A stretch of DNA of 64,000 bases from Lachnospiraceae bacterium GAM79 (lineage in GTDB: Bacteria; Bacillota_I; Bacilli_A; RFN20; CAG-826): positions 422-64,421 of the forward strand of contig CAVEUC010000004.1 in the NCBI GenBank assembly GCA_963619035.1. Reading direction: 5' to 3'. Shown one piece after another: positions 44,746-53,581 of the stretch (positions within the stretch are counted from its first letter, which is position 1; every line of letters starts with the position of its first letter). A program made the translations under genes and the position numbers. The notes under the pieces were generated by a model. It was not told the DNA's origin. It saw only the letters and a list, made by a program, of their open reading frames with translations, and ran no database searches.

Positions 44746-46848
44746 TTACTTAACTACGATTTCACCATTTTCATAATCAACCAAATATTTTTGTTTTGGT
44801 TTAATTGATTCATCGATGATTTTCCTAGCTAATATAGTTTCAACATTGTGTTGAATATATCTTTTTATAGGTCTAGCACCAAATTCTTTACTATACGATT
44901 CGTCTAAAATGTGTTGTTTTAAAGAATCAGTAAAATCAACTACATAATATTCGTTCTCTAATCTAGATTTTAAATCGTTCAACATCTTATCAACAATCTT
45001 TAATTGAACATCTTTATTAAGATAATCGAAATAAACAATTTCATCGATTCTATTTAAGAATTCTGGTTTAAATGTCTTATGAAGAATAGTTTCGATTTGA
45101 TCTTCTTTTCCTTCAAGAATTTCTTCACTTCCAACATTACTAGTCATGATGATAACTGTATTTTTAAAATCACATAATCTACCTTGAGCATCTGTTAATC
45201 TACCATCATCCATAATTTGCAGTAATAAATTCAAAACATCAGGGCTAGCTTTTTCAATTTCATCAAATAGCACAATAGAATAAGGATTGTGTCTAACAGG
45301 TTCAGTTAATTGACCACCTTCTTCATATCCTACATATCCAGGAGCTGCACCTATTAATCTAGAAACACTATATTTTTCCATATATTCACTCATATCAATT
45401 CTTATAATATGAGATTCGCTATCAAATAATGCTTCAGCTAAAGACTTAGCAACTTCAGTTTTACCTACACCTGTAGGTCCTAAAAACAAGAAACTACCGA
45501 TAGGTCTTCTAGAATCGTTAATACCTGCTCTTTGACGTAAAATTGCATCACTAACTAAAGATATAGCTTTATCTTGACCAATTACTCTTTTTGATAATAA
45601 ATTTTTAAGATTTAATACCCTTTCTTTATCGCCTTTGCTAATTTTACTAACTGGAATATTAGTCATTTTAGCTACGATTGAAGCAATGTTATCTTCAGTA
45701 ATGACATCAGATAATAACTTATGTGCGCTTTCATTAGATTCAATAGTTTCTAATTTTGATTTAAGTGCAGGAATTTCTTTATATTGAATTTCACTAGCTA
45801 ATTTATAATCTCCACTATTGAATGCACTTTGGAGTTTAAAATTTAAATCATCTATCTTTTCTTTAATAGATTTAGCTTCAATAATATCTTGTTTTTCTTT
45901 ATTCCATTTAGCTAATAATTCATCTTTTTCCTTATTTAAATCAGCAATATCACCATCTAATTTACTAAGTCTAATTTTTGATTGTTCATCAACTTCTTGT
46001 TTAAGAGAAACTCTTTCAATTTCAAGTTGTCTTATCTTTCTTTCAACTTCATCAAGCTCTGTTGGCATTGATTCAATTTCAACTCTAGTTTCAGCACAAG
46101 CTTCATCAACTAAGTCGATCGCTTTATCAGGTAAAAATCTATTTGGAATATATCTAACAGATAAATTTACAGCACTAACTAAAGCGTTATCAGTAATATG
46201 AACTCCATGATGTGTTTCAAATCTTTCTTTTAATCCTCTTAATATAGATAAAGTATCTTCTTTTGAAGGTTCATTTACCATAACTGGTTGGAATCTTCTT
46301 TCCAATGCTCTATCTTTTTCAATATATTGTTGATACTCTTTTAAAGTAGTCGCACCAATACAATCGATTTCACCTCTTGCTAAAATTGGTTTTAACATAT
46401 TCGAAGCATCGAGAGCTCCGCTATTTCTTCCGGCTCCAACAATTAAATGAATTTCATCAATAAACAAAATAATCTTATGATTACTCTCCTTAATTTTATT
46501 TAATACAGCTTTTAATCTATCTTCAAATTCACCTTGATATTTAGCACCAGCAACTAGTGCACCCATATCAAGTTCAAAGATTTCCTTATCTTGTAATGTT
46601 TGAGGTACATCTTTTGCTACAATTCTTTGAGCTAAACCTTCTAGAATTGCAGTTTTACCAACACCAGGTTCACCTAATAAGATTACGTTATTTTTAGTTT
46701 TTCTAGCTAATATCGTAATAATCTTTCTAATTTCATCATCTCTTCCAATAACTGGATCAATTTTATTCTTTTTAACTTGATCTGTAATATTCCTTCCAAA
46801 TTTAGTTAATATATCTTTATCTTGATTATAATCTTCATATCCTTCCAT
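44746..46848 (-). CDS. clpB: ATP-dependent chaperone ClpB lacking the N-terminal domain
   Basis: Two AAA+ modules (GEPGVGKTA, GPTGVGKTE) and a coiled-coil middle domain. The protein starts at the region equivalent to about residue 150 of E. coli ClpB. 700 aa. Confidence 0.9.
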   Translation of the reverse strand: MEGYEDYNQDKDILTKFGRNITDQVKKNKIDPVIGRDDEIRKIITILARKTKNNVILLGEPGVGKTAILEGLAQRIVAKDVPQTLQDKEIFELDMGALVAGAKYQGEFEDRLKAVLNKIKESNHKIILFIDEIHLIVGAGRNSGALDASNMLKPILARGEIDCIGATTLKEYQQYIEKDRALERRFQPVMVNEPSKEDTLSILRGLKERFETHHGVHITDNALVSAVNLSVRYIPNRFLPDKAIDLVDEACAETRVEIESMPTELDEVERKIRQLEIERVSLKQEVDEQSKIRLSKLDGDIADLNKEKDELLAKWNKEKQDIIEAKSIKEKIDDLNFKLQSAFNSGDYKLASEIQYKEIPALKSKLETIESNESAHKLLSDVITEDNIASIVAKMTNIPVSKISKGDKERVLNLKNLLSKRVIGQDKAISLVSDAILRQRAGINDSRRPIGSFLFLGPTGVGKTEVAKSLAEALFDSESHIIRIDMSEYMEKYSVSRLIGAAPGYVGYEEGGQLTEPVRHNPYSIVLFDEIEKASPDVLNLLLQIMDDGRLTDAQGRLCDFKNTVIIMTSNVGSEEILEGKEDQIETILHKTFKPEFLNRIDEIVYFDYLNKDVQLKIVDKMLNDLKSRLENEYYVVDFTDSLKQHILDESYSKEFGARPIKRYIQHNVETILARKIIDESIKPKQKYLVDYENGEIVVK

Positions 46849-46890
46849 ATTTATAATCCTCCTTTACTCAATTACTATTATACTACTTAT

Positions 46891-46917
46891 TTAGCACTCG
46901 TCAATAGAGAGTGCTAA
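46891..46917. promoter_or_regulatory. CIRCE operator (HrcA binding site)
   Basis: TTAGCACTC-gtcaataga-GAGTGCTAA is a perfect match to the consensus TTAGCACTC-N9-GAGTGCTAA. It lies 43 nt upstream of the clpB ATG. Confidence 0.9.
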
Positions 46918-46962
46918 ATATTTTTTAATATTATTTTAATTAATAAATTTTCATTACTATTG

Positions 46963-46968
46963 TATAAT
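46963..46968 (+). promoter_or_regulatory. -10 box 6 nt upstream of the udk start (leaderless-type)
   Basis: TATAAT, then 6 nt, then ATG at 46975. No Shine-Dalgarno sequence. Confidence 0.45.
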
Positions 46969-46974
46969 TTAATC

Positions 46975-47598
46975 ATGGCAAAAATTATATTAGTAGGCGG
47001 CGGGACCGCTAGTGGAAAAACTTACGTTATTAAAGAAGTTGTTAAACTTTTAGGTGAAGATAATGTCACCCATTTATCAATCGATGATTATTATAAAGAT
47101 ATATCTAATCTTTCAATGGAAGAAAGAAAAAAAGTAAATTACGATCACCCAAAAGCTTTTGATTGGAAACTTATTAAAGAACAATTGGTAGATTTAAAAA
47201 ATGATAAACCTATTCAAAAACCTACATATGATTATGTAATTCATAACAGAAGCACTGTCACTGAAACTGTAATACCTAAAAAGATTGTCATCGTTGAAGG
47301 TATTATGGCTTTAGTTAATAAAGATATTAGAGAATTAGGTGATTTAAAAATATTTATTAACGCTACAAGAGAAAGACGTCTTGTAAGAAGAATGGAACGT
47401 GACCAAAAAGAAAGAGGTAGAACTTTAGATTCTATCATCGAACAATATTTCGCTACAGTTCAACCAATGTATGAAGAAATAATATCTCCATCAAGTTATT
47501 ATGCTGATATGTTAATCAATAATGATGGATATGATAATAAATCTATACAAGTTTTAGCTGCTGTTATTAAATCTATTATTAGAGGCGATATAGATTAA
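46975..47598 (+). CDS. udk: Uridine kinase
   Basis: P-loop GGGTASGKT, DDYYKD and the DHP block. I chose the start at MAKIILVGG. Confidence 0.9.
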   Translation: MAKIILVGGGTASGKTYVIKEVVKLLGEDNVTHLSIDDYYKDISNLSMEERKKVNYDHPKAFDWKLIKEQLVDLKNDKPIQKPTYDYVIHNRSTVTETVIPKKIVIVEGIMALVNKDIRELGDLKIFINATRERRLVRRMERDQKERGRTLDSIIEQYFATVQPMYEEIISPSSYYADMLINNDGYDNKSIQVLAAVIKSIIRGDID

Positions 47599-47608
47599 TT
47601 AAGTAAAA

Positions 47609-48415
47609 CTATTTTTCAATAACAATCTTCTTTTGAGGATTGTTTTTTAATTTATTTGCTCTACTCATACGAATAAGCTTATCTAAATTTCCAAAAACTG
47701 TATAGTAAACAAAAGGAATAAGCAAGATTACCCAGTAAGGATGCCATCCATTAAATTCTCCAAAAATAGATCCATACATTCCAATAAATAAGTATGCAGA
47801 TAAACAAATAGCACCTAATTCTAAATATTTAAACGATCTATAATAAATACATTTAACAATAGAAGGTATAAAATAGCATGATAATAAAATAGGCCAATAT
47901 AATTTAAATCCGTATTCTTTAAATACTAATCCTAACGTAATATATGTAGCTAATAATAATCCAAAGAATATAACTGTCAATATTCCTATAATACTTTCCA
48001 TTTTTTTATTTTTTTCAAACTTTAATGAATAGTATATTACATTATTATCTTCGTATATTGATAATCCTTTTTTAAAATTATACTTTAAATTTACTTTTCT
48101 TCTATTAGAAATATCTACGACAACATCTTCTTCTTTTTGTTTATTTTCTTCTGCTTTTGTTTCATTATTTTTATTTTCATCCACTATATCTTCAACTACA
48201 TAACAATCTTCAATTGGTTTATTTTCATTAATTAAATCATCGACAGATATATTATAGATTCTAGCAAGCTCTTTAATATATTCAATACTTGGTACAGATT
48301 CACCTTTTTCCCATTTAGAAATCGATTGTCTAGAAATATTTAATAATGATGCTAATTCCTCTTGAGAATAATTAAACTTCTTTCTTAATTCAATAAGTCT
48401 TGTTGCTAAATTCAT
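47609..48415 (-). CDS. Membrane-tethered XRE-family HTH regulator
   Basis: N-terminal Cro/C1 HTH (YSQEELASLLNISRQSISKWEKGESVPS), an acidic linker, then about 4 TM segments. Confidence 0.75.
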   Translation of the reverse strand: MNLATRLIELRKKFNYSQEELASLLNISRQSISKWEKGESVPSIEYIKELARIYNISVDDLINENKPIEDCYVVEDIVDENKNNETKAEENKQKEEDVVVDISNRRKVNLKYNFKKGLSIYEDNNVIYYSLKFEKNKKMESIIGILTVIFFGLLLATYITLGLVFKEYGFKLYWPILLSCYFIPSIVKCIYYRSFKYLELGAICLSAYLFIGMYGSIFGEFNGWHPYWVILLIPFVYYTVFGNLDKLIRMSRANKLKNNPQKKIVIEK

Positions 48416-48543
48416 AATCCAGTTCTCCTTTTATATAAATAAATATATGGTTGCATCCATATTAATGAAAGCATATTTTTAAAATACTACCCGCAACTAT
48501 AGTTTACATTATAATAAAACATATGGGAAATGATATTAAAATT

Positions 48544-48575
48544 AAAAAAGAATCTTCAATAACGAAGATTCTTTT
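48544..48575 (-). terminator. Rho-independent terminator
   Basis: Minus strand AAGAATCTTC-gttatt-GAAGATTCTT followed by T6. Confidence 0.7.
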
Positions 48576-48596
48576 AATTTGATAATATTTAATTTA

Positions 48597-49088
48597 TTAA
48601 TATTGTTTTTCTTCTTTTTTAGGAAGAGAAGAGAAACCTAAAGGTAACATTAAGATACCAGCTAAGATTGTTAAACAACTACTTACAATAACTGCCCATC
48701 CAGTATAACCTGTTGTTGCAACACCTTCAATACCAGCACCTTGTGGACCATAATATCTAAAGAAAATATAAGCACATCCCATCATAGCTCCACCACACAT
48801 AACAACGAAGCTAAATGAAACTAATAATAAACATTTTAATCCGCTAAATGATTCTGGATTAATCATAGTGAGAATAAATGCTATTAAAACTACAAAAGCT
48901 CCACATCCTAAGAAAATCGTAGTGACGATATTAGCTGGAGTATATCTTCCTAAACCTAAATAATTTAATGATTGATAAAATGAGACGACTTCACCATTTG
49001 TTTTTGTAGCAACTGGACCAAATCCAAGAGCTAAACCAGCAAGTAATAAAACTAATGTTACAATATATAAGACAGTATGTTTTTTCAT
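48597..49088 (-). CDS. Four-TM membrane protein, unknown function
   Basis: 163 aa with four hydrophobic segments. It has its own promoter (TTGAAA-17-TATATT) and RBS. Confidence 0.55.
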   Translation of the reverse strand: MKKHTVLYIVTLVLLLAGLALGFGPVATKTNGEVVSFYQSLNYLGLGRYTPANIVTTIFLGCGAFVVLIAFILTMINPESFSGLKCLLLVSFSFVVMCGGAMMGCAYIFFRYYGPQGAGIEGVATTGYTGWAVIVSSCLTILAGILMLPLGFSSLPKKEEKQY

Positions 49089-49176
49089 AATCTTTTCCTC
49101 TTTCTAGATAGTAAATATACCATTAAATAATCTTTTTTTCAACTATATATTTATATATAAATATATCTTTACTTTA

Positions 49177-50190
49177 TTATTCTAATTTTAACTCAACAAG
49201 TTTATTACAAAAGAATAAAGAACCGAATATATATTTAGATGAACCGCTTTCAGATACAGTTAATAATGTATCTTGATTTTGATTAAGATCTAAATCTTCT
49301 AGCATTGCAATAGATTTAATATCTCTTTTACATTCACCTAATATTTGTGCTTCAACACCATCAAAAGAAACTCCACTTTTTTTAGTTTCGCTTAAATTAT
49401 AAAATCTTAAATGAGAATCACTTAATCCGTAAGATGAACAAAGTATTAAAGTTCCATCTTTTTTAACAGCGCATCCTTGAATCAAATCAGGTACAGAATA
49501 AATTGATAATGGTAAACTAAATTCAGTATCACTAACTGAATACTTAGTGATGATTGCTCCATTTTTACTACCATCTTCAAGAGTAATATCATGACCGCAA
49601 ACATTGCCTTTTCCATTAAATTCTCCTACATAAATATATTCATCATCACTAAATATATAAGAAGAATTATTATTCGCTTTAATAGGATTTCCAATTTCGA
49701 TAGGTGTTCCAGATTCTTGATTTAAACATGTTGAATCAATAACGTAAACTCCACCATCTTTTTCGTCATTAAAGCATTCATTTGCAATATAAATCTTCGA
49801 AGAAGAATCGCTAATTCTAACAAAAGTCATTCCTCCAGTATGTCCATAAAAATCTTCACCATTTCTAGTTAATGTAAAGTATTTAACATTATTTTCTTTA
49901 TCAGTTGTATAAATTCTAGATGCGCTTCCATTATTCATATATCCAGCTAAAGCGTAATGTTCATCATCTGCTAAATAAGTCATCCCTTGCATAACGAAAC
50001 CATCTTTTAATCCAGGAATTGAAGCAGGTTGGCTTCTTAATGAATAAAATTCATTATAAATAGCAAATTTAAATATGTTGATACCACCCCAAACTAAAAA
50101 AAGTAAAACAAAAAAAGAAGCTACACACATTCCGAAGATCATGAAACCTCTTTTTGCTTTTGATTCGCCAGCAACTTCTTTTTTACTCAT
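49177..50190 (-). CDS. Membrane-anchored protein with a probable beta-propeller-like ectodomain
   Basis: One N-terminal TM segment. Blade-like motifs recur (MQGMTY, HTGGMTF, IQGCAV). No family recognised. Confidence 0.5.
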   Translation of the reverse strand: MSKKEVAGESKAKRGFMIFGMCVASFFVLLFLVWGGINIFKFAIYNEFYSLRSQPASIPGLKDGFVMQGMTYLADDEHYALAGYMNNGSASRIYTTDKENNVKYFTLTRNGEDFYGHTGGMTFVRISDSSSKIYIANECFNDEKDGGVYVIDSTCLNQESGTPIEIGNPIKANNNSSYIFSDDEYIYVGEFNGKGNVCGHDITLEDGSKNGAIITKYSVSDTEFSLPLSIYSVPDLIQGCAVKKDGTLILCSSYGLSDSHLRFYNLSETKKSGVSFDGVEAQILGECKRDIKSIAMLEDLDLNQNQDTLLTVSESGSSKYIFGSLFFCNKLVELKLE

Positions 50191-50191
50191 A

Positions 50192-50740
50192 TTAATAATC
50201 CATGTTAGGTTTATGTTTAAAGAAATAATAAATTGTTAAGCAAAGAGCTACAAATAAAATAGATCCAGTAATCCAGTTACCACATCCATAATAATTGTTT
50301 GAGAAGTTAGAAATAATTCCACTCCATCTTGTTAATCCCATAAATGCAGGATATGCACAATATGAAATAGCACAAGAAATAATTAAAAATAATATACTGA
50401 AAACTAAAAATACAATTTTAGTTACATCATAATTTCTTCTTTTCTTAAAAAATTTTGGAAATAACTCATCACCTTTTTTAACTTCAAAAATAACTAATAA
50501 AGTTAATAAAATGAACGCTAATCCTAAAGCTATAATGCTTGTAATAATAGCTCCACAATATGGGATACTATCAGGATTACTGACTCCTTTTGTCCAACGA
50601 ATTGCATCGTAAAACGAAATGGAAGAATAATTTCCATTAGGAATCGAAACTATTGGTAAAAACATAGATGCAAAAGATCCTACGATTAGAACCAATACAG
50701 GGATTAATAACATAAATTCTTTCTTAATACTTTTCTTCAT
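50192..50740 (-). CDS. Four-TM membrane protein, unknown function
   Basis: 182 aa with four hydrophobic segments. It stops 1 nt before the downstream gene start. Confidence 0.55.
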   Translation of the reverse strand: MKKSIKKEFMLLIPVLVLIVGSFASMFLPIVSIPNGNYSSISFYDAIRWTKGVSNPDSIPYCGAIITSIIALGLAFILLTLLVIFEVKKGDELFPKFFKKRRNYDVTKIVFLVFSILFLIISCAISYCAYPAFMGLTRWSGIISNFSNNYYGCGNWITGSILFVALCLTIYYFFKHKPNMDY

Positions 50741-50854
50741 AATAATTACCTTTAACTTAAATAATTATAACTTAAAAACAAAGAAAATAAAGAAGAAAAA
50801 ATATATTATTAATACTTTAGTATTAAATATATTAAAGTTTTTACATTTGAAAAT

Positions 50855-50886
50855 AAAAAAAATAAGGAAGTTAATTCCTTATTTTT
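50855..50886 (-). terminator. Rho-independent terminator
   Basis: AATAAGGAA-gttaa-TTCCTTATT flanked by A and T runs, downstream of the aminopeptidase gene. Confidence 0.7.
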
Positions 50887-50909
50887 GTAAAAACTATATG
50901 AAATCCTAC

Positions 50910-52274
50910 TTATTTTGCACTTAAGAATGCTTTATAAGCGCTATATGCTTCATATAAATCTGCTTTAGAAACTATTTCCATAGGAGCGTGCATATTTAAT
51001 ACAGGAATACCAGCATCGACAACATCCATATTCATATTACCTAAAATGTAAGCGATAGTACCACCGCCTCCTCTATCAACTTTTCCAAGTTCAGCAGTTT
51101 GATAATTTACATTTTTATCTTCCATCACTTTTCTAATCCAAGCAAAGTATTCTGGATTACAATCGTTACAGCCACTCTTTCCTCTAGCACCAGTATATTT
51201 ATTAAATACGATACCATTTCCTAAATAACAACTATTTCTAGTTTCATAAGCATCTCCATATAAAGGATCATAACCAGCGCTGACATCACTAGAAAGCATT
51301 TTTGAATTCTTTAAAGCTTTTGATAAAGCTAATTGAGATGTGCTTCCTTCACCTTCAAGTAAAGCTAAAATAGTATCTTCAAAAAATCTTGATTGAGCAC
51401 CAGTAGCTCCAACACTTCCGATTTCTTCTTTATCTACTAATATAGTACAAGCTGTAAATTCAGGGACTTCTTCTAAATCCAAGATAGCTCTTAAAGAAGT
51501 ATAAGCACAACTTCTATCATCGTGACCATATCCTGCAACCATACTAGAATCTAATCCGTAGCTCTTTGCTGGGAAAGCTGGGACAACTTCGATTTCACTA
51601 GAAATTAAATCTTCTTCTTCAAAATCATATTTTTCTTTAATTAATTTTAAAATATAATCTTTAGCACCTTTTTCTTTATCTAGTGGTCTTGATCCGATTG
51701 TTACATCAAGATTTTCACCTTCGATAACATTTGAAGCAGGTTTTGTTAATTGAGGTCCAGATAAATGAATTAATAAATCACTAATTCCAACAACAGGATC
51801 TCCTTCTTCTAAACCGACATTAAAATCAATTGTACTACCATCTTTTTTACAAATTACACCAACTAAAGCAAGAGGTATTGTAACCCATTGATATTTTTTA
51901 ACCCCACCATAATAATGAGTATCAAAGAATGCGAAACCTCCATTTTCGTAAAGTGGATTTTGCTTTAAATCTAATCTTGGTGAATCGATATGAGCACCTA
52001 AAATTCTTAATCCTTCTTCAACTTTATGTTTGCCAATTACATAAGCGCATACATTTTTATTTCTATTTACAAAATAAACCTTATCGCCTTCTTTTAATTT
52101 TGAACCTTCTTTAAATTCTTTAAATCCGTGTTCTTTAAGTAATGAGACGCTTTCTTTAGTCACAAGCCTTTCTGTCTTCCCATTATTAATAAATTTCATA
52201 TAGTGTTCAGCAAAGACATCAACATTTGTTAATTCTTCTTCACTATACTTTTTCCATGCATTTTCTTTATACAT
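50910..52274 (-). CDS. M18-family aminopeptidase
   Basis: About 455 aa with AHIDSP, HDDR and EEIGS blocks typical of M18/aminopeptidase 1. I chose the start at MYKENAW, preceded by GGAGG. Confidence 0.85.
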   Translation of the reverse strand: MYKENAWKKYSEEELTNVDVFAEHYMKFINNGKTERLVTKESVSLLKEHGFKEFKEGSKLKEGDKVYFVNRNKNVCAYVIGKHKVEEGLRILGAHIDSPRLDLKQNPLYENGGFAFFDTHYYGGVKKYQWVTIPLALVGVICKKDGSTIDFNVGLEEGDPVVGISDLLIHLSGPQLTKPASNVIEGENLDVTIGSRPLDKEKGAKDYILKLIKEKYDFEEEDLISSEIEVVPAFPAKSYGLDSSMVAGYGHDDRSCAYTSLRAILDLEEVPEFTACTILVDKEEIGSVGATGAQSRFFEDTILALLEGEGSTSQLALSKALKNSKMLSSDVSAGYDPLYGDAYETRNSCYLGNGIVFNKYTGARGKSGCNDCNPEYFAWIRKVMEDKNVNYQTAELGKVDRGGGGTIAYILGNMNMDVVDAGIPVLNMHAPMEIVSKADLYEAYSAYKAFLSAK

Positions 52275-52356
52275 ACTTATTTCCTCCACACAATATTTTA
52301 TTACACAATTAAAAAAATAAAATAAAAATGATAACTATAAAATTAGATATTATAAA

Positions 52357-52869
52357 TTAACAATTATTTTTATTATCACTTCGATAACTTAATACTTCCA
52401 TAAATATTTCGTAGTAGTGTCCATCTTCACAACCAAAATCCATAAAAACACCAATTACCATTTTTATAATCATATCTAAAAAATCATCATATATAGGAAG
52501 TTTATAATGCATACAAATAAATGGATCATCTTCTTCTTCATAAACCATAGTAATTTCAGAAGATAAAGATATACTTTTATTAAATTCATTTACGACTTTA
52601 TAAATTCGATCATCTTTTTTAAAACCATCAACAAAATAATTTACAATAATAAACTCACTAGTTTTATCACAAAAAAAGTCTTCTCCTTTTTTATAAAGCA
52701 AAACAATAGTGAATGGAAGTCCGTTATTTAAAATTAAGCTTATTGAAAAACTAATACCATCTTTTTTCTCAACCATTTCTACTCCAATATCTTTTTCTTT
52801 ACATGATTTTTCAATCGCTCTTCTTAAATAACTGAAGCTAATGTATCCGTCTTTCGTTCTTTTTTTCAT
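52357..52869 (-). CDS. Hypothetical cytoplasmic protein
   Basis: 170 aa with no TM segment and no motif I can name. Any YbjN-like resemblance is only a guess. Confidence 0.45.
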   Translation of the reverse strand: MKKRTKDGYISFSYLRRAIEKSCKEKDIGVEMVEKKDGISFSISLILNNGLPFTIVLLYKKGEDFFCDKTSEFIIVNYFVDGFKKDDRIYKVVNEFNKSISLSSEITMVYEEEDDPFICMHYKLPIYDDFLDMIIKMVIGVFMDFGCEDGHYYEIFMEVLSYRSDNKNNC

Positions 52870-52892
52870 TATTATTCCTTTTTTAGTATTAT

Positions 52893-53579
52893 TTAATTAT
52901 CATTTGATAATGAATTTCTTAAAATTGTTATTCCTATATAGTTACTATGTAATAAATAAGCATCTGAATCCTTAGGACAATCTTTTTCTATATCTCTTCT
53001 AGAATAAAATTTACCATTATATTTAACATAATAATGTTTATCTTGTCGATAATAAAACTTACTCATTTTAATTCCATCAATTTGTTCTGAATAAGGAAAA
53101 TTTACACTAACAATATGATTTTTGCTTAATAAATTATTATCGTTAATATATTCGATACATTTTAAGCAATAATCTTCAACAAATCTAAAATCAGCTGGAC
53201 CAGAAAATGCTATAGAAGGTAAATTATTTTTACTTGCTTCTAAACATGCTCCAATTGTTCCTGAATACATTGTGTCGTAACTAATATTTTCTCCAGCATT
53301 TGATCCAGAGACAACTAAATCTATATCAATATTTAAATATTCTTTTAAATAAAATAATCCAAGATTAACACAATCTGAAGGAGTACCATTAACTGCAAAT
53401 GTAGTTTTATCTATTTTTTTAACTGTTAAAGGACTATCAAAAGTACCAGAACAAGATTTACCACTTTGAACCTTTAAAGGAGCAAAAACATATACATTTC
53501 CCATCTCTTTTAGTTTTTCTTTTAAAATATTTATACCGAAAGAATAATAACCATCATCATTTGTTAATAAAATATTCAC
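52893..53579 (-). CDS. surE: 5-prime/3-prime-nucleotidase SurE
   Basis: N-terminal MNILLTNDDGY and SGSNAGEN, YSGTIGA blocks. Confidence 0.85.
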   Translation of the reverse strand: MNILLTNDDGYYSFGINILKEKLKEMGNVYVFAPLKVQSGKSCSGTFDSPLTVKKIDKTTFAVNGTPSDCVNLGLFYLKEYLNIDIDLVVSGSNAGENISYDTMYSGTIGACLEASKNNLPSIAFSGPADFRFVEDYCLKCIEYINDNNLLSKNHIVSVNFPYSEQIDGIKMSKFYYRQDKHYYVKYNGKFYSRRDIEKDCPKDSDAYLLHSNYIGITILRNSLSNDN

Positions 53580-53581
53580 TC

